The notes: a model not told the origin generated them from the sequence alone. Shown: positions 48,608 through 58,195, numbered from the stretch's first letter. The stretch is DNA of 64,000 bases from Deltaproteobacteria bacterium (GCA_034670305.1 JAXMNT010000003.1:128001-192000); one strand, 5' to 3'. A program made the numbers and translations.

Positions 48608-49537
48608 TCAGTCGTTGACGACGTGGGGGCGTTCGCCCTTTTCGAAGAACGCGATGATCTGACGCGCGGCCGCCGTCGCAGCGTTGGTGTTCGCCTCTTC
48701 GGTCTGGGCGCCCATCTTCTTCGGGGTGCGGAAGAACCGCGGGCCGAAGGCATCGAACGCAGCGAGGTGTTCGTCGCTTGGGCTGATGTCGGTGAGGTAG
48801 GCGAGGTCGTCCCGCTCCGCCAGGGCTTCGAGCAGGCCGGGCTCGTCGATGACTTCCGCGCGGGCCGTGTTGATGAGCACGCCGCCCACCGGCATCGAGA
48901 GCATGAGCGCCTTGCCGATCGACTTCACCGTCTGCTGGGTCGCGGGAATGTGCAGCGAGAGGTAGTGGGAGCGCGCGTAGAGATCTTCGGCGCTCGTGGT
49001 CGGGGTCGCACCGAGCGCTTCGATGTCCTCCGGCGAGACGAACGGGTCGAACGCGAGCACGTCCATGCCGAAGCCATTCGCGACGCGCAGCACGTTCTTG
49101 CCCACGTTGCCGATCGCATGGATGCCGAGGGTCTTGCCCTTGAGCTCCGTGCCCGACTTGCCGTCGAAACGGCCGCGCGCCTGCATCACCATCAAACCGA
49201 ACACGAGCTCCGCGACCGCGTTCGAGTTCTGGCCCGGTGTGTTCATCACCGCGACGCCCCGTTCTTTGGCGGCGGCACAGTCGACGTTGTCGTAGCCGGC
49301 GCCGGCCCGCACCACGAGCTTCAGCGAGGCGCCCGCTTCGAGCACGCCTCGGTGGATCTTGTCGCTGCGAATGATGATCGCGTCCGCCTCGGCGACCGCG
49401 CCGAGCAAGTCCGATTCGGAACCGTACGACTCGAGCACCCGGACGGTGTAGCCAGCGTTCTCGAGGATGGCGGTGGCCTGGTCCTTGGCGTCGGGGGAGA
49501 AGGGCTTTTCGGTGGCGATGAAGATGGTCTTGGACAC
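48608..49537 (-). CDS. serA: D-3-phosphoglycerate dehydrogenase, short type with Lys at catalytic His position
   Basis: IATEKPF, IIRSDK, RAGAGYDNVD, MNTPGQNSNAVAEL, INTAR, TPKKMGAQT. Confidence 0.85.
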   Translation of the reverse strand: MSKTIFIATEKPFSPDAKDQATAILENAGYTVRVLESYGSESDLLGAVAEADAIIIRSDKIHRGVLEAGASLKLVVRAGAGYDNVDCAAAKERGVAVMNTPGQNSNAVAELVFGLMVMQARGRFDGKSGTELKGKTLGIHAIGNVGKNVLRVANGFGMDVLAFDPFVSPEDIEALGATPTTSAEDLYARSHYLSLHIPATQQTVKSIGKALMLSMPVGGVLINTARAEVIDEPGLLEALAERDDLAYLTDISPSDEHLAAFDAFGPRFFRTPKKMGAQTEEANTNAATAAARQIIAFFEKGERPHVVND

Positions 49538-49686
49538 GTAGAACTCCGTGGGTGAGCCGGAGGTCTAGCAGGCTCGCGCCAAAGTCCCAGGATCCGATCC
49601 ACGCATCCGAACCGATGGTTGCGGGCCCCGCAGCAACCATTCCAATGCAAACGGCAGATGGTCGGTCAGCTGTCGTACAAGGGGGC

Positions 49687-50457
49687 ATGGCATCGAAGAA
49701 GCGGGCTCGGCGGGTCGAGGCACACGGCGACAGCCACCTGGTCTCGTTGGACATGGACGCACTCACCGAAGACGAACGGGATGCGCTGCCACCTGCGCTC
49801 GCGGAGGCGTTCGCGTGGTGGACGGACGCGCACGCGTCGCGCTTCGACACACTCCCGGAGACGCTCGCGTGGGCACGAGACGCGCTGCGCGGTCGCCGAG
49901 TCGCGATCGAGCGTCTCTGCTTCAACGGTGACCGCATCTACTGGGCGCTGCGTCTGGTCCCGCACGGAGACCTGGCTGCGTTCTTCGAACTTCCGGTGGC
50001 CGGTTCGATCGGGCGGTCGTGCATTGGCGGCACCGGGTTGTGTCTCCCGGACGATGACGCGTTGGGCAAGATGCCACCCGCACTCGCGTGGCTCGCGAAG
50101 GCGTTCGGCACCGCCAACCTCACCAGCGAGACCAGTGGCACCGCACCGTGGGGATGGTCGCTCGGGGACGCGGTCGATCAACGTTTCGGGCTCTTCGGCA
50201 TCGACGACGACATCGTGTCGCAGCTGCCTTCGGGGCACCGCGACTGGAAGCTCGTCTACGAGATCGACGGCGACGCGGTCGCGATCGACCCAGAGGGCCA
50301 AGCGCACTGGCTCGGTTGGGAATGGACGGGACAACTCGTGACGCCGCTCGGACTGGACGCCACCGCCGTCACCCACTTCGTGTTCTGGCGGCTGCTGGAA
50401 GGCGGCTGCGTGCGGCCATCTGACCTGGCGATGCTGCGCGCCGCGACCACGCGCTGA
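49687..50457 (+). CDS. Hypothetical protein (possible SUKH/SMI1-like C-terminal half)
   Basis: Coding-like ORF from ATG 49687; MPPAL.WL...G..DGDAVAIDPEG..W..E pattern. Confidence 0.55.
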   Translation: MASKKRARRVEAHGDSHLVSLDMDALTEDERDALPPALAEAFAWWTDAHASRFDTLPETLAWARDALRGRRVAIERLCFNGDRIYWALRLVPHGDLAAFFELPVAGSIGRSCIGGTGLCLPDDDALGKMPPALAWLAKAFGTANLTSETSGTAPWGWSLGDAVDQRFGLFGIDDDIVSQLPSGHRDWKLVYEIDGDAVAIDPEGQAHWLGWEWTGQLVTPLGLDATAVTHFVFWRLLEGGCVRPSDLAMLRAATTR

Positions 50458-50561
50458 GCGACCTCCTCAGAAGACGCGGTACTCGCGCAGGCCGAGCAAC
50501 CAGCGGTGCCCGGACCATTCGCCGTCGTGGAGTGCCGTGATCGGGTGGTACGATTTGCTCG

Positions 50562-52703
50562 ATGAAACGGTCGTTCTGCTTGGTCCTCATGTGTTTGCTG
50601 TTCGCGTGTGGGGACGACCCCGCTGGAGGAGACGACGGGGGAACGGGCATGTGCGCGTCGAACCTCGAGTGCAGCGACGGGCTCTTCTGCAATGGCATCG
50701 AGCGGTGTGCGCCCACCGACGACAGCGCCGACGTGCGTGGCTGCATCCCGGGCCCGCCGCCCTGCGCGGCTGGACAGACCTGCGACGCCGTGGAGTCGCG
50801 CTGTGTCACGACCTGCACGACGACCGAAGACGCGGATGGCGACGGGGTCGATGCGATGGAGTGTGGGGGCGCGGATTGCGACGACTCCGACGCGAACCGG
50901 TTCCCGGGCAACGAAGAAGTCTGCGATGCGGAGGGCCACGACGAAGACTGCGATGCGTCGACGCTGGGCGACCGAGATGCCGATGAAGACGGTGTGCTGG
51001 ATGCGATGTGCTGCAATGGGGCGGCCTGCGGCGGCGATTGCGACGATTCGGACCCGTCCGTAGGCCCGACTTCGATCGAGGTCTGCAACGGCACCGACGA
51101 CGACTGCGACGGGCGCTCCGACGAAGGTGTGCTGCGCGCGTTCCGGCCTGACAGCGACGGCGACGGATTCGGTGACCGCGAGGGCGACGTTCGGCTGCTG
51201 TGCGCCGCGGAGGAGGGCTTCGTGGAGAACGCGCTCGACTGCGACGACGGCGATCGCGCGGTGAACCCGACCCGCGCCGAAGTCTGCAACGGAACCGACG
51301 ACAACTGCGACGGCGAGACGGACGAAGAGCCGGCGGTCGCGGTGGCGTGTGCCGCCACGTTCGGATCCCCGCCGAACACACGCTTTGGCTGCGAGGCCGA
51401 CGCCTGCGTCGCCCAGTGCGAGGGCATGCACTTCGACTGCAACGACGAACTCAGCGACGGATGCGAGACCGACGTCACCACCGACGTCGAGTCCTGTGGC
51501 AGCTGTGGCAACTCCTGCGGCGTCGGCGGAGTCTGCACCGACGGAGTCTGCGATCAGATCGTCTCGATCGCGGGCGGCGCCCGGCACACGTGCGCGATCC
51601 GAAGCACCGGCGTGGCGGTGTGTTGGGGACGCAACGACCAGGGGCAGCTCGGAGACGGCACGACGGTCGAGCGGACGACACCGGTCCAGGTCGTGGGTTT
51701 GGTGGGCGCGCTGGAGATCGACACCTCGTTCGGAAACTTCCCAGGGGCGCAGCGGTTCAGTTGCGCGCGCACCGACTCGGTCGTGTGGTGCTGGGGTGGC
51801 AACGAACAAGGACAGCTTGGCAACGGCGACACCATCGGGTTCTCCCCACGCCCGGAAGTCGTGGTGGACTTGCCGGGCATCGGGTTCATCGACCGAACCC
51901 TCCTGCAACCGTCGCTCTCGGTCGGCTCGGCGCATACCTGCGCGAACGAGTTCGACGTCGAAGGCATGCCGCCGCTCCGGGACACCCGCTGCTGGGGTCG
52001 GAACTTCGCCAACGCGATCGCGAGCTTTGGCAGCGAGTTCACGAGCCCGCAGAACGCCCTTGGCTACCCGAACGCCACGTTCGACGTTTCCGTCGCTGCG
52101 GGGGAGGGCCACACCTGCGCCGCGTTCACCAACGGTGGGGCGCGCAGGGTGCGCTGCCGGGGTTCGAACGCCGGGCTGGCCCAAGGCACCGGAGGCGACA
52201 TGACGGTCGGTCTCGACGTGCTCGACGCTGGTGTCAACTTCACCTGCGGCATCGAGCGTCCGAGCGGCGCGGCCGTGCCCTCACCGGGACCGGTCCGGTG
52301 CTGGGGAGAGAACGGCAGCGGCAACCTCGGCAGCGGAAACACCACCGACCGAGCCTCGCCCGAGCGGGTGCTGGGCGTGCTCGGGGACGGACCGCTCGAC
52401 GACGTCGTCGACCTCGCCACCGGCAGTTCGTTCGCATGCGCCGTCCGCGCGACCGGTCAGGTCGTCTGCTGGGGCAACAACTCGTTCGGACAAATGGCCG
52501 ATGGCACCACCACCACCGCGCGCCGACCGGTCGTGATCCCCGGCATCGACGACGCGATCGCGGTGGGCGCCGGGTTCTCCCACGCATGCGCGGCGCGGGC
52601 CTCCGGCCGGGTGACCTGCTGGGGATCCAACCGCCACGGAGAACTCGGTCGCGGCACCACCGGCGGAGCCCGCGAACTCCCCGCGAACGTCGTGGGGCTC
52701 TGA
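50562..52703 (+). CDS. Lipoprotein with MopE-related repeats and RCC1-repeat propeller
   Basis: LFAC lipobox; DCDD..PG..E.C repeats; HTCA..G...CWG.N..GQLGDG repeats. Confidence 0.88.
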   Translation: MKRSFCLVLMCLLFACGDDPAGGDDGGTGMCASNLECSDGLFCNGIERCAPTDDSADVRGCIPGPPPCAAGQTCDAVESRCVTTCTTTEDADGDGVDAMECGGADCDDSDANRFPGNEEVCDAEGHDEDCDASTLGDRDADEDGVLDAMCCNGAACGGDCDDSDPSVGPTSIEVCNGTDDDCDGRSDEGVLRAFRPDSDGDGFGDREGDVRLLCAAEEGFVENALDCDDGDRAVNPTRAEVCNGTDDNCDGETDEEPAVAVACAATFGSPPNTRFGCEADACVAQCEGMHFDCNDELSDGCETDVTTDVESCGSCGNSCGVGGVCTDGVCDQIVSIAGGARHTCAIRSTGVAVCWGRNDQGQLGDGTTVERTTPVQVVGLVGALEIDTSFGNFPGAQRFSCARTDSVVWCWGGNEQGQLGNGDTIGFSPRPEVVVDLPGIGFIDRTLLQPSLSVGSAHTCANEFDVEGMPPLRDTRCWGRNFANAIASFGSEFTSPQNALGYPNATFDVSVAAGEGHTCAAFTNGGARRVRCRGSNAGLAQGTGGDMTVGLDVLDAGVNFTCGIERPSGAAVPSPGPVRCWGENGSGNLGSGNTTDRASPERVLGVLGDGPLDDVVDLATGSSFACAVRATGQVVCWGNNSFGQMADGTTTTARRPVVIPGIDDAIAVGAGFSHACAARASGRVTCWGSNRHGELGRGTTGGARELPANVVGL

Positions 52704-52733
52704 GCGACCACAGCGCGCACGTGGCTCAGGAGT

Positions 52734-53147
52734 TCATTCGCTGGAAGGACCAATGGTCCAGCTCGACTCGCGCGTGCGCAGCAGTCGCTGGCTGAGCTCG
52801 TAGGCGAGGTCGATCGATGGGAGCGCGTCCAGCTCGAGGCCATCGAACGCGCGGGCGGGGAACATGGTCAGCACGACCTCGGCTGTGTCCGAATCGAGCG
52901 CCTCGTCAAAGGCGCCCCCCGCGAGAGGAGCCACGTCGGTGACGCCGAACGGATGCTCGGCGGCGAAGGCGACCACTTCGATCGAACCCGGCGCGCGGTA
53001 CCAGCCGACGACCGAGGCGACGACTTGGTCCCGCCCGGTCCCGTGCACGCTGAACACCTCGCAATAGAGGCTGCCGCTGGTGGCGGAGACGCCGTGCGAC
53101 ACGTCGTCCTCGACCATCAGGTCGTCGAAGCTGCCCGGCTCGACCAC
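52734..53147 (-). CDS. Hypothetical acidic protein or gene fragment
   Basis: GC3-biased ORF without clear RBS or motif; frame stays open upstream to 53300. Confidence 0.4.
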   Translation of the reverse strand: MVEPGSFDDLMVEDDVSHGVSATSGSLYCEVFSVHGTGRDQVVASVVGWYRAPGSIEVVAFAAEHPFGVTDVAPLAGGAFDEALDSDTAEVVLTMFPARAFDGLELDALPSIDLAYELSQRLLRTRESSWTIGPSSE

Positions 53148-53300
53148 CGAGAGGTCGTGTTCGTAGCTGGCACCGTGCGCCTGCGCGTGCCCTGGCCCGA
53201 GGTCGAACAGTCGGCCCCCATCGAATCGCCGCGCATAGGGCTGCGCCGAACCAGGCGATGCGCCTCGCAGAGCCGCGCCTCTTCGTCGGACCGGACATGT

Positions 53301-53675
53301 CTACGGGCGCGGCGGCGGGCCCATGCCCATGTCCAGCCGGGTGTAGGTATCGTCGGTCGCCATCGCGGTCGGCGCGTCGCGGTAGCAGCCGTTGACGTAG
53401 GGGAACGTCGGCGTGCCGACGTAGGTGTAGCCGTCGGCGGTCTCCACGCCGTTGCAACGGTCGAGGTAGACGTAGCCGTCGTCCTCGAGTGTGTCGCCGT
53501 GTTCGCGGTAGGCGTGCGAACACCACGCGTAGTCGGGGGACACGCAGCGGTTCTGGAGCGCGACGGAGTCGCCGTCTTCCACGAGCAGGGGGTGGCAGTG
53601 GAGTCGACAGAGACCACCACCGGGACAGCAGTCGGCGGCGCTGTCGCACGCCATCAGCTCCCGGCTGAAGTAACT
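53301..53675 (-). pseudogene. 3' remnant of a YHYH-domain-like protein (5' end missing)
   Basis: YLDRCNG..DGYTYVGT.TFPYV.GCYR resembles the YHYH family C-terminus; upstream of ~53675 the frame is merely antisense to the sigma gene. Confidence 0.65.
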
Positions 53676-54117
53676 CGCTGTCGCGCTCTCGATCGTTCGG
53701 CGGCCAACCGACGCCGAAGACGTCGCGCAGGACGCCCTGATCAAGGCGCTCGCGAAGATCGATACCTGCCACTCTCCCGAGAAGTTCGAGGCCTGGCTGA
53801 TGCAGATCGTGCGCAACCACGCGCGCAACTGGCTCGACCGGCGCCGGCTCCGGGACGTCCCACGTTTCGAAGCACACGAAGCCGCCGAAGCAGGTGGCGG
53901 GCACCGCGCGACCGACCGACTGGCGACCCGCCGGCAGCTCGCCGACGCGCTCACCCAGCTGACCGAGACCCAGCGCGCCGTGGTCTTGCTGCACGACCTC
54001 GAGGGATACACCCACCCGGAGATCGCGCATGCGCTCGATCTGACGGTGGTCAACTCCCGTCAGCATTTGTTCGTCGCGCGTGGAAAGCTGCGCGCACACC
54101 TCGGAGACCCAGCGTGA
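53674..54117 (+). pseudogene. ECF sigma factor lacking its N-terminus
   Basis: After in-frame TAA (53671-53673): LAVALSIV..DAEDVAQDA.IKA..FEAWL.QI.RN (region 2) and L...QRAVVLLHDLEGY...EIA..L......LF.AR.KLR (region 4); no start codon before region 2. Confidence 0.85.
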
Positions 54118-54515
54118 CCGACCCGATCGACTTCTCAGCACTGGACCCAGCCCTCGACGAAGAGCGCTGGGAGGCGCGCATCGCCGAGACTGCGGAGCAG
54201 GCGGAGTTCGTGCAAGCGCTGGACCTCTCCGCGCTCGACCCCTTCGCAGGGGAGGCGGGCGCGGCGAAGAAGCGCGAGGCCGTCCGGCGGATTGTCGAAG
54301 CCTCCTCGACGCCCCCCATGCTTCGCATCGCACCGCGTGCGCTCTCGGTGGCGGCGCTGCTGGCCGCGGCCGCCTGGATGCTGGTGTGGTCCTCGCCCCC
54401 ACAGCTCCCCACGAACATGGACCCAGCGCTCGCGCTGATGGGCTGGGCGGACAGCGGCGCGCCGCTGACGATCGACCAGATGGGTGCACTCACCGGGAGC
54501 GCAAACGATGAGTGA
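54114..54515 (+). CDS. Putative single-TM anti-sigma factor
   Basis: GTGA overlap with sigma stop; duplicated D[FL]SALDP motif; TM ALSVAALLAAAAWMLVW. Confidence 0.7.
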   Translation: MTDPIDFSALDPALDEERWEARIAETAEQAEFVQALDLSALDPFAGEAGAAKKREAVRRIVEASSTPPMLRIAPRALSVAALLAAAAWMLVWSSPPQLPTNMDPALALMGWADSGAPLTIDQMGALTGSANDE

Positions 54516-55095
54516 AGGGCGGCGACGAACCCTTCAGGCCGTGCTCGTGCTCGTGGGCACGTTCTTGCTCGGCGCGGTGGCCGGTGCAGGCATCTGGGAC
54601 TGGAGCCACCGAACCCCTGCTGGGCCTCCGCGTGGTGGACCCATTCCGGTCCACGAGCTGGACCTCACTCCGGCTCAAGACGAACAGGTGCGCGCGATCC
54701 TCGACCGACACCGCCCTGCGGTGGAGGCTCTGCTCGACACACAGCGGCCGCGCATCGAAGCGATCAACGCGCAGGTGATCGCGGAGGTGCGGGAGGTCCT
54801 GACCGAAACGCAGCGGGCCCGGCTGGACGAGATCCGGTCCCGACCCAGGCGCCCGCCGGGACACGGCGGGCCGCCGCACGAGCCACCCGGTGATCGGCCG
54901 CACGATCGGCCTGCGCATGATCAACCCCCGCACGATCGGCCTGCGCATGATCAACCCCCGCACGATCGGCCTGCGCATGATCGACCGCCGCACGATCGGC
55001 CTGCGCATGGTCAACCCCCGCACGATCGACCCACGCACGATCGACCCACGCACGATCGACCCCCGCACGATCGACCCCCGCATCCGCCCGAGTGA
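54508..55095 (+). CDS. LTxxQ (Spy/CpxP/heavy-metal sensor-like) periplasmic protein with His/Pro-rich tail
   Basis: N-terminal TM (TFLLGAVAG); ELDLTPAQ..VRAIL and VLTETQ..RL; overlaps anti-sigma stop. Confidence 0.8.
   Translation: MSEGRRRTLQAVLVLVGTFLLGAVAGAGIWDWSHRTPAGPPRGGPIPVHELDLTPAQDEQVRAILDRHRPAVEALLDTQRPRIEAINAQVIAEVREVLTETQRARLDEIRSRPRRPPGHGGPPHEPPGDRPHDRPAHDQPPHDRPAHDQPPHDRPAHDRPPHDRPAHGQPPHDRPTHDRPTHDRPPHDRPPHPPE
54901..55080 (+). repeat. In-frame 15-bp repeat x12 (30-bp higher order in first 8) encoding H-D-R/Q-P-x
   Basis: CACGATCGGCCTGCGCATGATCAACCCCCG-like x4, then CACGATCGACCCMCG x4. Confidence 0.95.
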
Positions 55096-55272
55096 GTACG
55101 GGCTGAGCGCATGGGCGGTACGAGCTCGACTGGTCAGCGGCCTCGAACACCGCGGTCATCCACAACCGCGTCGTGCATGGCCTCGATTCACTCCGCCAAT
55201 CGTCCGCCAATCGTGCACAGATGGCTAACGGGATGGTCGCGGCCGCTGTCAGGGAGGAGAAAGGAACCCGCC

Positions 55273-55548
55273 ATGAAATCCACCCTCCTCGTCCCCATCC
55301 TGCTTTCGTTCGCCGCGCTCCTCGTCGGTGTCGCCTCGGCCCAGCCCCCCGGAGGCGGGGGAGGCCGAGGCGGACGACAAGGCCCGCCCCCCGAAGCCTT
55401 CGCGGCCTGCGACGCTCAGGAAGACGGAACCTTGTGCGAGTTCACGTCTCGCCAAGGCACGATCGAAGGCACCTGCCGGATGCCGCGCGGAGACCGCCTC
55501 GTGTGCGTGCCCAACGATCACCCGCCTCCCCGCGACGACGAACGCTGA
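55273..55548 (+). CDS. Small secreted 4-Cys protein with GPPPEA.AAC motif
   Basis: AAGGA RBS; signal peptide ..ASAQ; GPPPEAFAAC....G..CEF......GTC......LVCVP. Confidence 0.8.
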   Translation: MKSTLLVPILLSFAALLVGVASAQPPGGGGGRGGRQGPPPEAFAACDAQEDGTLCEFTSRQGTIEGTCRMPRGDRLVCVPNDHPPPRDDER

Positions 55549-55669
55549 CAGCGGCGTTCGACCTGCGACGGTTGCCGTCGGGTCTGAGGATGCAGACGAC
55601 GTGACCGCTCGGTCCCGTCGATGGGCGAGCAATCCGTGTGCAGAGAATCGAGTGCGGATCACCAGTCCG

Positions 55670-58195
55670 TCAGGCAAAGAGGAGGGCGCACGTTGGACAC
55701 AGCCCGAAGGTTGTCTTCTCGGGAGGGCGATCGATGTACTTCGGGACGTAGCACCACTGGTTCTCGTCGATGCGCAACACATGACGGCAACTGGCACACT
55801 GGCGCACGTAGCCGTCCTTACGAAACTGCGCTGAGTTGGGAGAGACCGACGGCGGATGCGGACCCACCCAGAAGAGGGTGTGCACCGCAACGAGGGCACG
55901 CCCGAACGGCAGAGGCACGAGACGCATCCTGAACCGCTGCTGTTGCCGAGGGGTGGGGCATCGATACTCGTGCGACCACGCCTGACGGCTTTCGAGCGTC
56001 TTGTGGTGCGCGTCCTGGTAGAACTGACGGAGGGGGGGGGAGATCGCGTCGAACACGCTCCGTCCAATCCCCCACGTGTCTCCGAACTGCGTCCCGCCGC
56101 CGTTCTGCGTGGCGAACCGCGCGTACCGCGGGTTGGTGTAGGCAATCTTCCCATCCGCCCAGAGTCCAATCGTCACGTCGCCGCTGCGTTCGAACGCATC
56201 GAGGGACTCGGGCGTCAGCAGTTCTCGAAACTTCTGGTCGGCGCGGGCCATGCTTGTTGCACCCAGCCGTTCGCGAATGGCGGAGACGAGATCCTCACCC
56301 GAGAAGGGTTTGTGCAGCACGCCCTCGCCCGAGACCCCGAGCGGGCCGAGCGCCTGACGCGGATGGCCGGACATGTAGATGACCGGCAGCGAGGGCTGCA
56401 GGCGGCGGAGTGCCGCAACGAGCTCGGGACCGCTCAGCTTCGGCATCACCACGTCCGCGAGCACCAGGTCGATCGGCACTGCACCCGCTTGAAAGAGTTG
56501 GAGCGCCGCTTCCGGGTCGCCTTCAAGCAAGACTTCGTAGCCTTCCCGCTCGAGCGCACGCTGGGCGATCGAACGAACTTGCTCGTCGGCCTCGACCACG
56601 AGGATCGTTTCCCCCGCCGTCGACTTGGCCTGCCGCACCTCCGGCCGCGAGGTCACTTCGTGGCGGGGAAGGTGGATCCGAAACGTCGAACCTGCTCCTG
56701 GCATGGACTCGACCTCGATGGTCCCCTTGGACTGCTGGACACTCCCGTAACACATCGCCAGGCCGAGCCCCGTACCTTGGCCATGGCCCCACTCCTTGGT
56801 GGTGAAGAACGGCTCGAACACTTTGGCAGCGGTGGCCGAGTCCATCCCCACGCCATCGTCCGAGACCGAGAGCTCCACGTAGTCCCCCGGTTCGATCCAA
56901 CCGACGTCCCCCTCCGTCGCCGCTTGAATGGTGACGTTCCGCGTGCGCAACGAAAGCGTGCCGCCATGGGGCATCGCGTCTCGTGCGTTCAAGACGAGGT
57001 TCACCACGACCTGTTCGAACACGTGAGGATCGATGCGAACCTGCCACAGGTCGTCTGCCAGTTCGGTCTCGATGCGGACGTGCGCGCCCAGCCTCTCACC
57101 CATCCTGAGCAGCACAGTCCTGACCAGCTCGGTGAGGTCGGTGGAAGCTGGCCGCACCGGATGCTGCCGCGAGAACGCGAGAAGCCCCCGAGCGAGCCTG
57201 CTGGCCCGGTCGGCGGCCTGGAGCACTTCCTTCAGGTCGTTCTGCGCAGGGTCCGCGGCGGGCAGCGCGTCTCGCGCGAATCCCCCAAAGCTCAGAATCG
57301 CCGTCAGCAGGTTGTTCAAGTCGTGTGCGACGCCGCCCGCGAGTTGCCCAACGACCTCCATCTGTTGAGCCGCGTGCTGACCCGCCGCCAACGTGGCCTC
57401 CCGGGTAAAGTCTTCGAACGCTGCGATCGCGTACTCGACCTCACCAGTCGGGCCGAGGATCGGCGTCGCCGTGACCGCGATTCGAATCCGTCCGTCCGGA
57501 CGGGCGACTTCCATGTCGCTGATCGTGCTCGTCTCCCCGGCCAGGGCACGGACGATTGGGAGCTTCTCGATCGGATAGAGTTCGTCGGTCCCGACCACAT
57601 AGGCTGGGTAGAGATGGGCCAACGCCGCGATCTCCAGACCAGGTTGGATCGGACCCAGCAACTCCACCGCCGTTTGGTTGGCGAAGTACCCGACGCCGAA
57701 CCGGTCGAGTACGTAAATCCCCACCGGTACGGCATTGAGAAACATGAAGAGCTCCGCCTCGAGCCCCTCGAGTTGTTTCGCTTGGCGACCGAGGGTCGAA
57801 TGCAGCGCGCGCTTCTCGAGCACATGGGTGACCGCGCGACGAAGGGTGTTCGGCGTGAGCCTGTCTTTCGCCAGGTAGTCGGACGCGCCGGCTTTGAGGG
57901 CGGCCACCGCCATCTCCTCATCGCCATGGCCGGTGAGCAGGATCACCGGCAGGTCCAGTTCGAGAAATCCACCGATCGCGTCGATGCCATCCTGACCCGG
58001 CATGTGGTGGTCCAGCAGTACGCACGCGGGGAGGATGCGACGGGCGATACGCAGCCCTTCCTTCGCGCTCGTCGCAAGTACGACCCGGTGGTCTGGCGCC
58101 AGCAAACGCTCCACTAAGGAACCGTCGTACTCATCGTCGTCCACGCAGAGCAGGAGGGGCGCTTCGACCGGCTTCGTGGCGGGCGGATCAGCCAC
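55670..58195 (-). CDS. Hybrid histidine kinase REC-PAS-HisKA-HATPase-REC plus PAS-like and Cys4 C-terminal module
   Basis: VDDD..LLDHHMP; GGVAHDLNNLL; NLVLNARDAM, DDGVGM, FEPFFTTK, GTGLGL; second REC LADVVMP..KPF; CASC..W..GLCPTC. Confidence 0.93.
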   Translation of the reverse strand: MADPPATKPVEAPLLLCVDDDEYDGSLVERLLAPDHRVVLATSAKEGLRIARRILPACVLLDHHMPGQDGIDAIGGFLELDLPVILLTGHGDEEMAVAALKAGASDYLAKDRLTPNTLRRAVTHVLEKRALHSTLGRQAKQLEGLEAELFMFLNAVPVGIYVLDRFGVGYFANQTAVELLGPIQPGLEIAALAHLYPAYVVGTDELYPIEKLPIVRALAGETSTISDMEVARPDGRIRIAVTATPILGPTGEVEYAIAAFEDFTREATLAAGQHAAQQMEVVGQLAGGVAHDLNNLLTAILSFGGFARDALPAADPAQNDLKEVLQAADRASRLARGLLAFSRQHPVRPASTDLTELVRTVLLRMGERLGAHVRIETELADDLWQVRIDPHVFEQVVVNLVLNARDAMPHGGTLSLRTRNVTIQAATEGDVGWIEPGDYVELSVSDDGVGMDSATAAKVFEPFFTTKEWGHGQGTGLGLAMCYGSVQQSKGTIEVESMPGAGSTFRIHLPRHEVTSRPEVRQAKSTAGETILVVEADEQVRSIAQRALEREGYEVLLEGDPEAALQLFQAGAVPIDLVLADVVMPKLSGPELVAALRRLQPSLPVIYMSGHPRQALGPLGVSGEGVLHKPFSGEDLVSAIRERLGATSMARADQKFRELLTPESLDAFERSGDVTIGLWADGKIAYTNPRYARFATQNGGGTQFGDTWGIGRSVFDAISPPLRQFYQDAHHKTLESRQAWSHEYRCPTPRQQQRFRMRLVPLPFGRALVAVHTLFWVGPHPPSVSPNSAQFRKDGYVRQCASCRHVLRIDENQWCYVPKYIDRPPEKTTFGLCPTCALLFA

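Noticed and set aside
52734..53303. TAG readthrough fusing the YHYH-like remnant to the downstream in-frame ORF
   Set aside because: Codons right after the TAG are atypical (ACA, TGT, CGA, AGA) and long open frames are common at this GC content
54901..55080. CRISPR-like regular repeats
   Set aside because: Units are contiguous with no unique spacers, are in frame within a CDS, and no cas genes are present
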